DNA of 64,000 nt from Thermoleophilia bacterium UBA2241 (lineage in GTDB: Bacteria > Actinomycetota > Thermoleophilia > UBA2241): NCBI GenBank assembly GCA_002347645.1, contig DDYF01000060.1, positions 38,663 to 102,662 of the forward strand. Direction: 5' to 3'. The notes beneath the pieces are model-generated. The model searched no databases, was not told the DNA's origin, and saw only the letters and a program-made list of their open reading frames with translations. This document shows, one piece after another, positions 37,554 through 53,461 of the stretch (positions are counted from its first letter, which is position 1; each line of letters opens with the position of its first letter). The translations under genes were made by a program, and so were the position numbers.

Positions 37554-38275
37554 CGGGCCGCCTTGCGGACGCTGACGATGAGATCGGCGAGATCGTTGAC
37601 GGCGCGGCTGAGCCCCTTGCGGGTGATGGTCTGCGTGGTCGCGTTCCAGCCGCCCGCGTTGTAGGCCCGCACGAGCTTGCCGTAGTACTGGTGGACGTAC
37701 GTGGCCGCGCGGACCGCCGGCGCCCGGGCCCCTGACCGCACCTGGATGCCGTTGAAGCGCACCCAGCTGCGGTGCTCGCCCTTCTCGTCGGTCCGCGCGT
37801 TGGCGGCCTGCTCGTGCCGCGCGTGCATGCGGGCTTCGCGGGCGCTGCTGTCGGTGTGCGTCGGGTTGCAGATGTCGGCGTAGTAGTGCGAGAGCAGACC
37901 GAAAGTGTAGCTGGCCCCGCGCGGGTCGTTGGCGGCCAGCCGGCGAGCAGCGTTGACGAACAGCTTCTGGACGCGGTCGGGAGCGTCGCCGTAGGACTGC
38001 GCGCCCCAGACGTCGTAGACGTGGTGGTAGGTGTCGCGCAACTTCGTGTCGGGGTTGTCGGTGGCGCGCAGCGCGGTGCCCAGGCGGAGCCAGTCGCAGC
38101 CGCGCTTCTCGGCCAGCCGATTCGCTTCGAACAGGATCCAGTCGTGGGTGCCGAAGCCGTTACCCCCGTCGCCACCGTTGGACCACGCGCCGGCCGGCGC
38201 CGGAATGACGGCCGGGAGCCACAGCGTGACGACGGCCGCGAGCGTGGCCAGTACGAGGCGGGAGGCCATGGTCAT
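37550..38275 (-). CDS. secreted zinc-dependent phospholipase C / S1-P1 nuclease-fold protein
   Basis: Signal peptide then mature W...THDWI (Trp1/His14 Zn ligands of B. cereus PLC), HYYADICNPTH matching PLC HYLGDVNQPMH; stop overlaps PBP4 start (ATGA). Confidence 0.55.
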   Translation of the reverse strand: MTMASRLVLATLAAVVTLWLPAVIPAPAGAWSNGGDGGNGFGTHDWILFEANRLAEKRGCDWLRLGTALRATDNPDTKLRDTYHHVYDVWGAQSYGDAPDRVQKLFVNAARRLAANDPRGASYTFGLLSHYYADICNPTHTDSSAREARMHARHEQAANARTDEKGEHRSWVRFNGIQVRSGARAPAVRAATYVHQYYGKLVRAYNAGGWNATTQTITRKGLSRAVNDLADLIVSVRKAAR

Positions 38276-38415
38276 CGGTCTGCTCCGTCGGTGTGACGCA
38301 TCGCTGCCCATTCTATCGTCAGGCGCTGACGGACCTTCGACCGGGCGAGCAGGTACAATCGCCGCACCCCGGCGGGCACGTCCCGGCGGGGTGTCGGCCA
38401 TGGGCGGAGGTCCAG

Positions 38416-42051
<3,636 letters not shown>

Positions 42052-42083
42052 GTCCTGACGTCTACCCCCTGGAGAGAGACCAC

Positions 42084-43118
42084 ATGAAACGACTCGTCTT
42101 GGCCGCAGCCCTCCTCGTGCTGCTGGCCGTCGTGGTGAGCACGGCCGCCTGCGGCGGCAACGAGGTCCCCGCGGGGGCGATCGCCGCCGTCGGCGACGGC
42201 GTCGTCACCCAGGAGCAGTTCGAAGAGATTATGACCCAGGCCAAGGCCCAGTACGCCTCGACCGAAGGCGCACCGGAGTTCCCCGAAGAGGGCACGCCGA
42301 CGTACAACCAGCTGGTCGCCAGCATCGTCAACTACCTGGTGCAGAACGAGCTCATCACGCAGCAGGCGGCCGAGTTCGACGTGAACGTCACCGACGAGGA
42401 GCTCACCGAGCGCCTCGCGCAGGTCACCGAGTCCGTGGGCGGCGAGAAGAAGCTCAACCAGCTGCTCAAGCAGCAGAGCGTGACCATGGAACAGCTCAAG
42501 GAGCAGCTCCGCGCCTCGATGCTGGCCGACGAGGTCAAGCAGAAGGTCATGGAAGACGTCGAGATCAGCGACGAGAAGATCAAGGAGTACTTCGAGAACC
42601 CCGACAACGCCGCGCAGTTCCAGCAGGCCGAGACGCGCGACACGCGCCACATCCTCACCGAGACCAAGGAGCAGGCCGCAGAGGCCCGCGCGCTGCTGGC
42701 GGCGGACTCCAGTGACGAGAACTGGAAGAAGGTCGCCAAGGAGTACTCGACCGACCCGGGCTCCAAGGAATCGGGCGGGTCGCTCGGCGCCGTCTCGCAG
42801 GGCCAGATGGTCGCGGGGTTCGAGAAGGCCACGTGGAAGCTCGACGTGGACGACATCTCGCAGCCCGTCAAGACGCAGTTCGGCTGGCACGTCATCCAGG
42901 TCACGAAGATCACCGAGGCCACGAAGCAGACCCTCGAAGAGGCCAAGGAGACCATCCGCCAGATGCTCCTCTACCAGGAGCAGTCGACCGCCTGGACCGA
43001 CTGGTTCGAGCAGGCCAAGAAGGACGCCGACATCGTGTACGCGGACGGTTTCAACCCCGACAAGCTGACGGTCGCCCCATCTCCCGAGGCGTCGCCCAGC
43101 GCGACCGCGACCGAGTAG
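42084..43118 (+). CDS. PrsA/SurA-like lipoprotein foldase with PpiC (parvulin) domain
   Basis: Lipobox VSTAAC, parvulin motifs HILTETKEQA...FGWHVIQV. Confidence 0.75.
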   Translation: MKRLVLAAALLVLLAVVVSTAACGGNEVPAGAIAAVGDGVVTQEQFEEIMTQAKAQYASTEGAPEFPEEGTPTYNQLVASIVNYLVQNELITQQAAEFDVNVTDEELTERLAQVTESVGGEKKLNQLLKQQSVTMEQLKEQLRASMLADEVKQKVMEDVEISDEKIKEYFENPDNAAQFQQAETRDTRHILTETKEQAAEARALLAADSSDENWKKVAKEYSTDPGSKESGGSLGAVSQGQMVAGFEKATWKLDVDDISQPVKTQFGWHVIQVTKITEATKQTLEEAKETIRQMLLYQEQSTAWTDWFEQAKKDADIVYADGFNPDKLTVAPSPEASPSATATE

Positions 43119-43160
43119 ACCCTGCGTGAACGGCCGGCCCTCCCGTCCCGTGCGACAGGG

Positions 43161-45679
<2,519 letters not shown>

Positions 45680-45742
45680 GGGAGAAGGACGGCTCGAGCG
45701 GGTACCCTAGGGCACGACCAGAGCCCCGAAGGAGTCGTCACG

Positions 45743-46537
45743 ATGTACTGCCCCCACTGCGGGACGGACGCCGCCGAGGCCAAGTTCTGCCCCGAGTGCG
45801 GTGCCGATCTCAACGCCGTGCGCGCCGCCAAGGACGCCGCGGGACCCGCCGCCCCGCCTGGGCCCGGCGGGCCCGGCGGCGACGGCGCGCCGCCGCCCGC
45901 CCGCCCCGCCACCGGACCGTCCCGCGGCCCGTCCGCGCGCCTGCTGTGGATCGTCGTCGCGGTGGTCGCCGCGGCGGTCGTCGGCGTCGTGCTGCTCACG
46001 CAGCTGGGCGCCGGGGACGCGGACGACGGGGCGACGACGGCGCACGAGGACGCCGGCAACGGTGCGGTGACCGCGGTCGAGGCCGACACGAGTGGCGGCT
46101 ACGCCGAACTGGTCGAGCGCGCCAATGGACTGTTCGACCAGGGCGACACGCTCTTCCAGCAGAGCCAGATCGATCAGGGCGCCCAGTACTTCGCTGCGGC
46201 CGCGGCCGTGTACGCCGCGGCCTGGGAGAAGAAGCCCGGCGACCCGAACGTGGGCACCGACTGGGCCACGGCGCTCTTCTACAGTGGCGACATGCAGGGC
46301 GCCGTCGAGCGCATCGAGGTCGTCCTCCAGAAGGACCCGGAGTTCCAGACGGCCTGGTTCAACAAGGGCAACTACCTGGCCCACCTGGCGCGCATGAGCG
46401 AGCAGATGGGCGTGGCCAAGGACGCGAAGCGGCAGTACGAGCAGGCCCGCCAGGCTTACGTCAAGGCCGCCGCGCTCGACCCAGCGTCGGAGGTCGGCAA
46501 GGAGGCGGACCGCCGTCTCCAGGACCTGCCGGACTGA
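45743..46537 (+). CDS. membrane-anchored Zn-ribbon / TPR-like protein (hypothetical)
   Basis: N-terminal CPHCG...CPECG ribbon, Pro/Gly linker, one TM (LLWIVVAVVAAAVVGVVLL), C-terminal TPR-like helices. Confidence 0.55.
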   Translation: MYCPHCGTDAAEAKFCPECGADLNAVRAAKDAAGPAAPPGPGGPGGDGAPPPARPATGPSRGPSARLLWIVVAVVAAAVVGVVLLTQLGAGDADDGATTAHEDAGNGAVTAVEADTSGGYAELVERANGLFDQGDTLFQQSQIDQGAQYFAAAAAVYAAAWEKKPGDPNVGTDWATALFYSGDMQGAVERIEVVLQKDPEFQTAWFNKGNYLAHLARMSEQMGVAKDAKRQYEQARQAYVKAAALDPASEVGKEADRRLQDLPD

Positions 46538-46541
46538 GGTC

Positions 46542-48083
46542 GTGACCCCGCCCGCGGAGGGGAGCGCGCAAGGGCCGGGTGGCCTGCGGCGTACCAAGAT
46601 CGTCGCGACGCTGGGTCCTGCGACGAGCGCTGCGCACACCGTCGCGGCGATGGTCGCGGCGGGTCTTGACGTCGCCCGCGTGAACCTCGCCCACGGGCGC
46701 CTCGACGAGCACCGGGCGGCCATCGCCGCCGTGCGCGCCGCGGCCGCCGCGGCGGGCCGCGAGGTCGGCGTCATGATCGACCTGCCCGGGCCCAAGCTCC
46801 GCCTCGGTGGCGTAGACGCTCCGCTATCACTCACGTTCGACCAGAAGGTGAGACTTTCTGCGCAGTCCGGGGCGGAAGCGGACGCAGGCGTGGTCGCGGC
46901 TTGCCCCGACGGCTGCGTCGTCCTGCCGGTGACGTTCCCGGAGCTCCTCGCCCACCTCGCTCCCGGGCAGCGCGTGCTGGTCGACGACGGCGCCGTCGAG
47001 TTGGTCGTCACCGAGGCAACGACGACCGGGCGTGCGCCGGGCGGGCCGCTGCTGCGGGTCGTCGTCCCAGGGGTGGTGTCGTCCAGCAAGGGCGTGAACC
47101 TGCCCGACACGCCGCTGCCCGTCCCGGCGCTCACGGCGCGCGACGAGGAGCTGCTGCGTTTCGGGGTGGATGAGGACGTCGACCTGGTCGCGCTGTCGTT
47201 CGTGCGCGCGGCGGAGGATGTGCGCCGGCTGCGTGCTCTCGTCGCGGAGGCCGGCGGCGACCAGCTGGTCGTGGCCAAGATCGAGAAGCGCGACGCGCTG
47301 GCGGCTATCGACGACATCGTCGCCGCCGCGGACGCTGTGATGGTCGCGCGCGGCGACCTCGGTGTCGAGATCCCGCCCGCCGAGGTCCCGCTGTGGCAGA
47401 AGCGCATCGTGGCGCTCGCCCGGGCGTGCGGCAAGCCGGTGATCACGGCGACCCAGATGCTCCAGTCGATGGTCGCCGCGCCGCGGCCGACGCGCGCCGA
47501 GGCGAGCGACGTCGCCAACGCCATCCTCGACTCGACCGACGCCGTGATGCTCTCGGGAGAGACGGCGGTCGGCGCGTTTCCCGTCGAGGCCGTGCGGACC
47601 ATGGCCGAGATCGCCACGACGGTCGAGGCCGAGATCGTGGCGGGGACCGCGCCGGACGCGCCGCCGCGGGAGGCGGACGCGCCGCCGGACGATGCGGCGT
47701 GTCTCGTCACGGCGTCCGGCCGCGTCACTGCGGCCATCAGCTCGGGCGCCTGCGACGTGGCGTGCAGGGTCGGCGCCGCGGCGATCGTCACGGCGACCGT
47801 GTCCGGCACCATGGGGCGGGCGGTCGCCCGCCACAGGCCGCCGCAGCCCGTCGTCGCCCTGACGCCGCGGCGCCGCACGGCGCGCCAGCTCGCCCTCAGC
47901 TGGGGTGTGCTGCCCGTGCTCGACGAGCCCGTGCACGAACTTGACGACCTGATGGCCGAGGCGGCGGCGAGCGTGCGCGGCGCGGGGTTGGGGCGCGCCG
48001 GCGACACGATCGTCATCACCTGCGGCATGCACGTCTTCGAGTCGGGCGGCACGAACCTGATCAAGACGCACGTCCTCGAGTGA
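46542..48083 (+). CDS. pyk: pyruvate kinase
   Basis: GTG start; TKIVATLGPA, MVARGDLGVEIP, C-terminal allosteric domain. Confidence 0.9.
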   Translation: MTPPAEGSAQGPGGLRRTKIVATLGPATSAAHTVAAMVAAGLDVARVNLAHGRLDEHRAAIAAVRAAAAAAGREVGVMIDLPGPKLRLGGVDAPLSLTFDQKVRLSAQSGAEADAGVVAACPDGCVVLPVTFPELLAHLAPGQRVLVDDGAVELVVTEATTTGRAPGGPLLRVVVPGVVSSSKGVNLPDTPLPVPALTARDEELLRFGVDEDVDLVALSFVRAAEDVRRLRALVAEAGGDQLVVAKIEKRDALAAIDDIVAAADAVMVARGDLGVEIPPAEVPLWQKRIVALARACGKPVITATQMLQSMVAAPRPTRAEASDVANAILDSTDAVMLSGETAVGAFPVEAVRTMAEIATTVEAEIVAGTAPDAPPREADAPPDDAACLVTASGRVTAAISSGACDVACRVGAAAIVTATVSGTMGRAVARHRPPQPVVALTPRRRTARQLALSWGVLPVLDEPVHELDDLMAEAAASVRGAGLGRAGDTIVITCGMHVFESGGTNLIKTHVLE

Positions 48084-48155
48084 CCGCGCCGCCCGGCGGT
48101 GTCCGGCGGCGTCCTCGAACGACCGCGGCGCGTGCCGTTGCGTGGCGCCCTCGCG

Positions 48156-48704
48156 ATGGCTCGCGGCAGGGACCGCGGCACCGGGGCGCGAACTAGTGGG
48201 GGCGACCAGGGGCGGGCGAGGCCCGTCCACACCCCCGAGCGAAAGGACGGCGTGGCGGGCGCGGCATCGGTGGCAACCTCACGACGCGGCACTCGCCGGT
48301 CGTCCTCTCGCGCTTCGACCCGGCCGTCGTTCAGCCTCAAGCCCGGGCGCGTCATCCTCGTCCTTCTGCTGCTCGCCGCGGTGGGGCTCTACGTGGGTCC
48401 GCTGCGCGACTTCTTCGCCCAGCAGGACCGCTACCACGAGGCTGTCGCGGCCCTCGACGAGGCGAAGGTGCAGTACGCCGCGCTCGAGAAGCAGGCGGAG
48501 CGCCTCGGCACGAAGGCCTACATCGCCCAGCGTGCGCGTGAAGACAGCCTGCTCGTCCCGCCGGGGACGGAGGTGTTCGTCGTCAAAGGGCTTCCCGGAG
48601 AGGACGAGAACGTGCGCGTGACGCTGCCGGACGCGACGCCGACGACGAGCTCCGTCAGCGTCCTCGACCGCCTAGAGGACCTCTGGCGCACCCTGAGCGA
48701 GTGA
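48156..48704 (+). CDS. septum formation initiator family protein (FtsB/DivIC-like)
   Basis: Arg-rich N-tail, TM, coiled coil; position equivalent to Rv1024 in eno-Rv1024-Rv1025-ppx synteny; start uncertain (48099/48156). Confidence 0.6.
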   Translation: MARGRDRGTGARTSGGDQGRARPVHTPERKDGVAGAASVATSRRGTRRSSSRASTRPSFSLKPGRVILVLLLLAAVGLYVGPLRDFFAQQDRYHEAVAALDEAKVQYAALEKQAERLGTKAYIAQRAREDSLLVPPGTEVFVVKGLPGEDENVRVTLPDATPTTSSVSVLDRLEDLWRTLSE

Positions 48705-48738
48705 GGCCGGCGCGGGGCCTGCTACCCTAGGACCCGCC

Positions 48739-49365
48739 ATGAGTGCACGGCCCGCGATGAGTGCACGGCCCGCCACCAGAGTCGACGCCACGAGAAGGCG
48801 ACGGCTGGTCGCCGCCGGCGACCTGGCGGTCGTCGCCGGCCAGCTCGGCCGTCGCCCGCACCCCATGAGTCGCGTCGTGCGCCGGTGTCCCTTCGGCTAC
48901 CCGGCCGTCGTCGAGACGTTGCCCGCGGACGATGCCGGCCGACCCTTCCCGACGCTCTTCTACGCGACCTGTCCGACGCTGGCGGCGGCGGTCGGCGCGC
49001 TGGAGAGCGCCGGCGGCGTGCGCCGGTTCGAGCGGCGGACGCGTGCCGACGAGGAGCTTGCACGATCGGTGGCGGCGGCGACGCGGCAGGTCCGCCGCCG
49101 CCGCCGCGACCTCGCGGCCGCATACGGCCTCGCCGCCGTCGACGACGGCGCCTCGCTGCGCGCGGGCATCGCGGGCGTCGCCGACCCGCACAGGCTCAAG
49201 TGCCTGCATGCGCACGCGGCGCACGCGCTGGCGCACCCCGGCTATTTGCTCGGCATGTCCGTGCTGGCCGAGGCGGGGCAGCTGTGGTGCGACGACCGGC
49301 GCTGCGCCGTATGGGCCGACGAGGCTTCCGCGCGGCGCCACACATCCGGCAGGCAAGCGCCGTGA
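48739..49365 (+). CDS. DUF501 family protein
   Basis: CPFGYPAVVETLP...PFPTLFYATCP; Rv1025-equivalent position; 18-bp tandem duplication at 48739-48774 makes start uncertain. Confidence 0.65.
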   Translation: MSARPAMSARPATRVDATRRRRLVAAGDLAVVAGQLGRRPHPMSRVVRRCPFGYPAVVETLPADDAGRPFPTLFYATCPTLAAAVGALESAGGVRRFERRTRADEELARSVAAATRQVRRRRRDLAAAYGLAAVDDGASLRAGIAGVADPHRLKCLHAHAAHALAHPGYLLGMSVLAEAGQLWCDDRRCAVWADEASARRHTSGRQAP

Positions 49366-50315
49366 AGCTCGCCGTCGTCGATCTCGGCACGAACACGTGC
49401 CGCCTGCTGCTTGCCGAGGTGCAGGACGGGGCGTTCGTGCGTCGCGAGGTGCGCGAGACGCACGTCGTGCGCCTCGCCACCTACGCCGCCCGGATCGCCG
49501 CCTACACCCCGGATCGCCGCCTCCTGGTCGCCACCAGCGTCCTCCGCGACGCCACGGACGGCGCGGCCTTCCTCACCGGGATCACGCGCGACTTCGGCCT
49601 GCCGCACCGCGTGATCGGCGGGGAGGAGGAGGCGCGCCTCGCCTTTCGCGGGGTGACCGCATGGCTGGCCGGCGAGGATGCTCGCCGCACGGCCGACGCC
49701 GAGGTCGCCGTCGTCGACATCGGCGGCGGCAGCACGGAGTTCGCCGTCGGCCGGCCCGGCCTGCCGCCGCGCTTCGTGCGCAGCCTCGACATGGGTGCCG
49801 TTCGCCTGACCGAGCGCTTCTTCGCCGCCGACCCGCCGACCGGCGCGCAGTGGCACGACGCCGTCCGCTTCGTCGACGGACTGCTCCGGGCCGGCATCCC
49901 GCCCGGCGTGCGCGCCTCCGCCGGAGTCTTCGTCGGGGTGGCCGGCACCTTCACGACCCTCGTCGCCCACGAGCTGGGCATGCGCGTGTACGAACCGGAA
50001 CGAGTGCACGGCCGAACGCTGACCGCCGTTCAGATCGACCGCGCCATCGACCTCTTCCGCGGCCTGACGAGCGCCCAGCGGGGCGCCCTGCCCGGCATCC
50101 AGAAGGGGCGCGAGGACGTGATCCTGGCTGGCGCCCTCATCGCGCGGGCGGCCTGCCGCGCCTTCGGCGCCCAGGCCGCCCTCGTCAGCGAGGACGACAT
50201 CCTCGAGGGCGTCGCCCTGTGGCTCGCCGACGGGCTGCCTGCCCTCACGCCCGCGAGGACGCCTGAGCCGCCCACAGCACCGTCCACCGTACCGCCCGCC
50301 ATGCCGCGCGCGTAG
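49362..50315 (+). CDS. Ppx/GppA-family exopolyphosphatase / pppGpp phosphohydrolase
   Basis: GTG 49362 overlapping DUF501 stop; ASKHA motifs VVDLGTNTCRLL, VDIGGGSTEF. Confidence 0.85.
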   Translation: MKLAVVDLGTNTCRLLLAEVQDGAFVRREVRETHVVRLATYAARIAAYTPDRRLLVATSVLRDATDGAAFLTGITRDFGLPHRVIGGEEEARLAFRGVTAWLAGEDARRTADAEVAVVDIGGGSTEFAVGRPGLPPRFVRSLDMGAVRLTERFFAADPPTGAQWHDAVRFVDGLLRAGIPPGVRASAGVFVGVAGTFTTLVAHELGMRVYEPERVHGRTLTAVQIDRAIDLFRGLTSAQRGALPGIQKGREDVILAGALIARAACRAFGAQAALVSEDDILEGVALWLADGLPALTPARTPEPPTAPSTVPPAMPRA

Positions 50316-50350
50316 CCTGACCAGGCGACGCCTCGCATCCAGCTCGGCCG

Positions 50351-50391
50351 TAGCCTGCGGCGACAACGCCGTGCGCCGCCGCCGCAGGCTA
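50351..50391 (+). terminator. stem-loop after ppx
   Basis: TAGCCTGCGGCG-(17 nt)-CGCCGCAGGCTA, 12-bp perfect arms. Confidence 0.45.
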
Positions 50392-50462
50392 ACCCGGCCT
50401 TGCGACTCCTCGCCCCCGGCGGTACCGTGAAGGGGTACCTGGGGCCGAAGAAGGAGGGCCAG

Positions 50463-51725
50463 ATGCACCGCTCGTCGCACGTTCAACGCTGCCTGCTGGC
50501 GCTCGCCGTGGCGCTGCTGCTCGCGCTTGGCGCGGCGCCGGCCGCACCGGGCGCTGGCTCCCAGTCCGCCGCGCCATGGACCTTCATGGTCTACCTCGAC
50601 GGCGACAACAACCTCGACGCGTGGGGCGCCTACACGCTCGACCTGATGGCTCAAGGTCTCGCCGCCGGGGATTACGGCAACGTCGCCATACCCGTCCTGT
50701 ACGACCACTACGGCGACGGCGGCGCCGAGCAGGGCATCGTCACCGCCGAGGGCTTCGTCAAGCTCGCCGACGTGCCCGAGCCCGACATGTCGTCGGGAGA
50801 CACGCTCGCCGCCTTCCTTGAATGGGCGATGGAGGGATGGCCGGCCGAGCGCTACGTGCTCGACGTGTGGGACCACGGCGCCGGCTGGTACTACCTGTGC
50901 TCCGACAGCACGACGCAGGCGCAGGAGAGCGACGATCCCCTGCACGGCCGGATGCTGGTCGACGAGCTGGCCCGCGGCATCCGCGCCGGGGAGGCCGCGG
51001 TGGGGCGGCCCGTCGATATGGTCCTCTTCGAGGCCTGCAATATGGGCATGGTCGAGGTGAGCTATGAGCTGGGCGGCCTCTGCGACGTCATGGTCGGCAC
51101 TGAACTGACGCAAGACTACGAGGGCATCCCGTGGGAGCGCACCATGGCGACGCTCGACGCGACCCCGGGCCTCGCGACGATGGGCCTCGGCAAGGCCATG
51201 TGCGACGACCTCGTCTGGTCGTACCAGACGCAGAACAAGGACGCCAGCATGATCGCCGCGCTGTCGGCGATCGACATGTCGGCGCAGGAGGAGCTGGTCG
51301 CCGCCCTGGATGGTCTCGCCGTGTCCCTCGCGTCGAACATGAAGGCATGGCGGGGCGCCGTGGGCGGCGCCGCCGGCGCGGCACGCAACCAGATGGGCTT
51401 CGGCGGCGTCAGCGGCTACTTCTGGTTCGCCGACGCCTACCGGTTCGCCGACGAGGTGGGCAAGAGGATCGCCGACGCCCGGGTCGACCGCTGGTGTGTG
51501 CGCGTGAAGGCGGCGGTGGCGAACGGTCTGTACACGGCCACCGGGAAGAATCTGGTGGGCAAGTGCTACGGCCTCAGTATCGCCTTCCCGCCCAGCCTCT
51601 CGGCCTACAACGTCGCCTGTTGGCCTATCTTCGACTACGCCGGCTGCGGTCTCGACTTCACCGCCGACACGCACTGGGACGAGATGCTCCGCGCCTACTA
51701 CGGGGCGAAAGCCAAGCACCGCTGA
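50463..51725 (+). CDS. secreted clostripain-like cysteine peptidase (family C11)
   Basis: Signal peptide; WTFMVYLDGDNNLD hallmark, catalytic dyad context DHGAGW (His) and FEACNMG (Cys); RBS AAGGAGGG. Confidence 0.7.
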   Translation: MHRSSHVQRCLLALAVALLLALGAAPAAPGAGSQSAAPWTFMVYLDGDNNLDAWGAYTLDLMAQGLAAGDYGNVAIPVLYDHYGDGGAEQGIVTAEGFVKLADVPEPDMSSGDTLAAFLEWAMEGWPAERYVLDVWDHGAGWYYLCSDSTTQAQESDDPLHGRMLVDELARGIRAGEAAVGRPVDMVLFEACNMGMVEVSYELGGLCDVMVGTELTQDYEGIPWERTMATLDATPGLATMGLGKAMCDDLVWSYQTQNKDASMIAALSAIDMSAQEELVAALDGLAVSLASNMKAWRGAVGGAAGAARNQMGFGGVSGYFWFADAYRFADEVGKRIADARVDRWCVRVKAAVANGLYTATGKNLVGKCYGLSIAFPPSLSAYNVACWPIFDYAGCGLDFTADTHWDEMLRAYYGAKAKHR

Positions 51726-51748
51726 GCGCGTCTATACTCACCTCGCGT

Positions 51749-51838
51749 GCCGGAGTGGCGGAACTGGCAGACGCGGGGGACTTAAAATCCTCTGCCGCCC
51801 CGTGCGGCGTCCGGGTTCGAACCCCGGCTCCGGCACCA
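51749..51838 (+). tRNA. tRNA-Leu (anticodon TAA), long variable arm, CCA encoded
   Basis: Acceptor GCCGGAG/CTCCGGC, anticodon loop CTTAAAA, extra arm, T-arm CCGGG-TTCGAAC-CCCGG. Confidence 0.8.
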
Positions 51839-51957
51839 CGATCCCGCTGGTCACCGGATGCTGGCGGCATGTCTCTATCGCCCCGTTGCGGCAGGCGTAG
51901 GATGCTACCGTCACCTTGAGCCGACTTGGTGTGCTTCTCCACCGGGAAGGGGTCTAG

Positions 51958-53337
51958 ATGAAACGCTCGCTTGCCTCTCTCGCTCTCCTTGCCTCCCTCG
52001 TCCTCCTCGCCGCCAGCGCCCCGCTCCTCTGCGGCCTCGCGCAGCCGCCCGCGGCCGCGGCGGTGAGCTTCGCCGCCAAGGCCGACTTCGGCGTGGGTCA
52101 CGGACCCAGATCGATCGCCGTCGCCGACCTCAACCGCGACGGTGCCAAGGACCTGGCGACGGCCGACTGCTTCGCCGACACCGTCAGCGTGCTTCCCGGC
52201 GACAGCAGTGGCCGGTTCGATCTCAGGAGCACCTTCGCCACGGGCGACTACCCCGTGGCGGTCGCCGTCGGCGACTTCCTCGAGGACCGCTGGCGCGACT
52301 TGGTGACGGCCGACGTAAACAGCGACGCGGCTGCTCTCCTGTTCGGCAGCGGCTTCGGCTTTCACCCGTTCGCCGAGACCGGCGTCGGCGACGCGCCGTT
52401 GGCGGTCGTCGCGGTCGACGTCGATCGCGACGGCAACACCGACCTGCTGACGGCCAACTACTTCGTCGACACCGTCAGCGTGCTGCTCGGGACCGGCGCC
52501 GGCGGCTTCTCCGTCAGGACCGATTTCGCGGTCGACGACGGACCGATGTCGATTGCCGTCGCCGACTTCGACCGTGACGGCGCCAGGGACCTCGTCACGG
52601 CCAACTACGGCGACGACACAGTCACCCTGCGCTTCGGCGACGGCCGCGGCGGCTTCCCGCTCACGATGTACCGCATCGTCGGCGACGGTCCCAGATCGAT
52701 CGCCGTTGCGGACTTCAACGGCGACGGTGCGATGGACTACGCGACCGCCAATGAGCTGGCGAACTCGGTCACCGTGCGGCTCGGCGACGGGAGCGGTGGC
52801 TTCTCCCCGAGAACCGACGTGCCCACCGGCCAGGGCCCGTACGGTATTGCCGTGTCCGACTTCAACGGCGACCGTGCGAAGGACTTGGCGACGGCCAATC
52901 TGGACGTCGACACCGTCAGTGTGCTGATGGGCGACGGTCGCGGGGGTTTCGGCGCGGCCAACGCGTTCGGCGTGGGCGACGGTCCCTGGGCGGTAGCCGC
53001 TGCCGACGTCGACGGCGACGGCAAGCCAGACCTGGTGACGGCCAACCACTATGCCGACACCGTGAGCCTGCTGCTCAACACCTGCCGGCCGCGGATCGTC
53101 TCGCTCTCCCCGACGGCCTCCTGGGCGGGCGCCACGGTGACGATCAAGGGCTGGGGCTTCGGCGCCAAGCGTGGCACGAGCAAGGTCACCTTCGGCCACA
53201 AGGCGGTGACGAAGTACGTCTCGTGGTCGAAGGCGAGGATCAAGGTCAAGGTGCCGGCGATGTCCGTCGGCCGCAAGGCCGTCCGCGTGAGGACCGAGGA
53301 CGGCCGCAGCAACGCCAGGTACTTCAGCGTGCGCTGA
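51958..53337 (+). CDS. secreted FG-GAP-repeat beta-propeller protein with C-terminal IPT/TIG-like domain
   Basis: Signal peptide; seven repeats with Ca-binding-like D-x-[DN]-x-D-G (DLNRDGAKDL, DFNGDGAMDY ...); C-terminal Ig-like beta domain. Confidence 0.7.
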   Translation: MKRSLASLALLASLVLLAASAPLLCGLAQPPAAAAVSFAAKADFGVGHGPRSIAVADLNRDGAKDLATADCFADTVSVLPGDSSGRFDLRSTFATGDYPVAVAVGDFLEDRWRDLVTADVNSDAAALLFGSGFGFHPFAETGVGDAPLAVVAVDVDRDGNTDLLTANYFVDTVSVLLGTGAGGFSVRTDFAVDDGPMSIAVADFDRDGARDLVTANYGDDTVTLRFGDGRGGFPLTMYRIVGDGPRSIAVADFNGDGAMDYATANELANSVTVRLGDGSGGFSPRTDVPTGQGPYGIAVSDFNGDRAKDLATANLDVDTVSVLMGDGRGGFGAANAFGVGDGPWAVAAADVDGDGKPDLVTANHYADTVSLLLNTCRPRIVSLSPTASWAGATVTIKGWGFGAKRGTSKVTFGHKAVTKYVSWSKARIKVKVPAMSVGRKAVRVRTEDGRSNARYFSVR

Positions 53338-53461
53338 AAGGACGGGGCCACACGCCTACCCTCAGCTAGAGGTCGAGGGTGGAGGGAGCGCTGGCGGGGC
53401 AGCCGCTCACGCCGATCTCCGCCACGAGGCACAAGCTCGCCTCCGTCGCTCGTGCGGAAGT

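Noticed and set aside
38399-38401. ATG 38399 (MGGGPGA...) as a gene start
   Set aside because: It is in a different frame from mfd and encodes low-complexity sequence. It is part of a spurious 484-aa GC-frame ORF.
51839-51957. Integrated mobile element at tRNA-Leu
   Set aside because: No integrase, recombinase or transposase ORF was found, and no repeat of the tRNA 3' end within the window. It is only noted as a possible old island in the findings.
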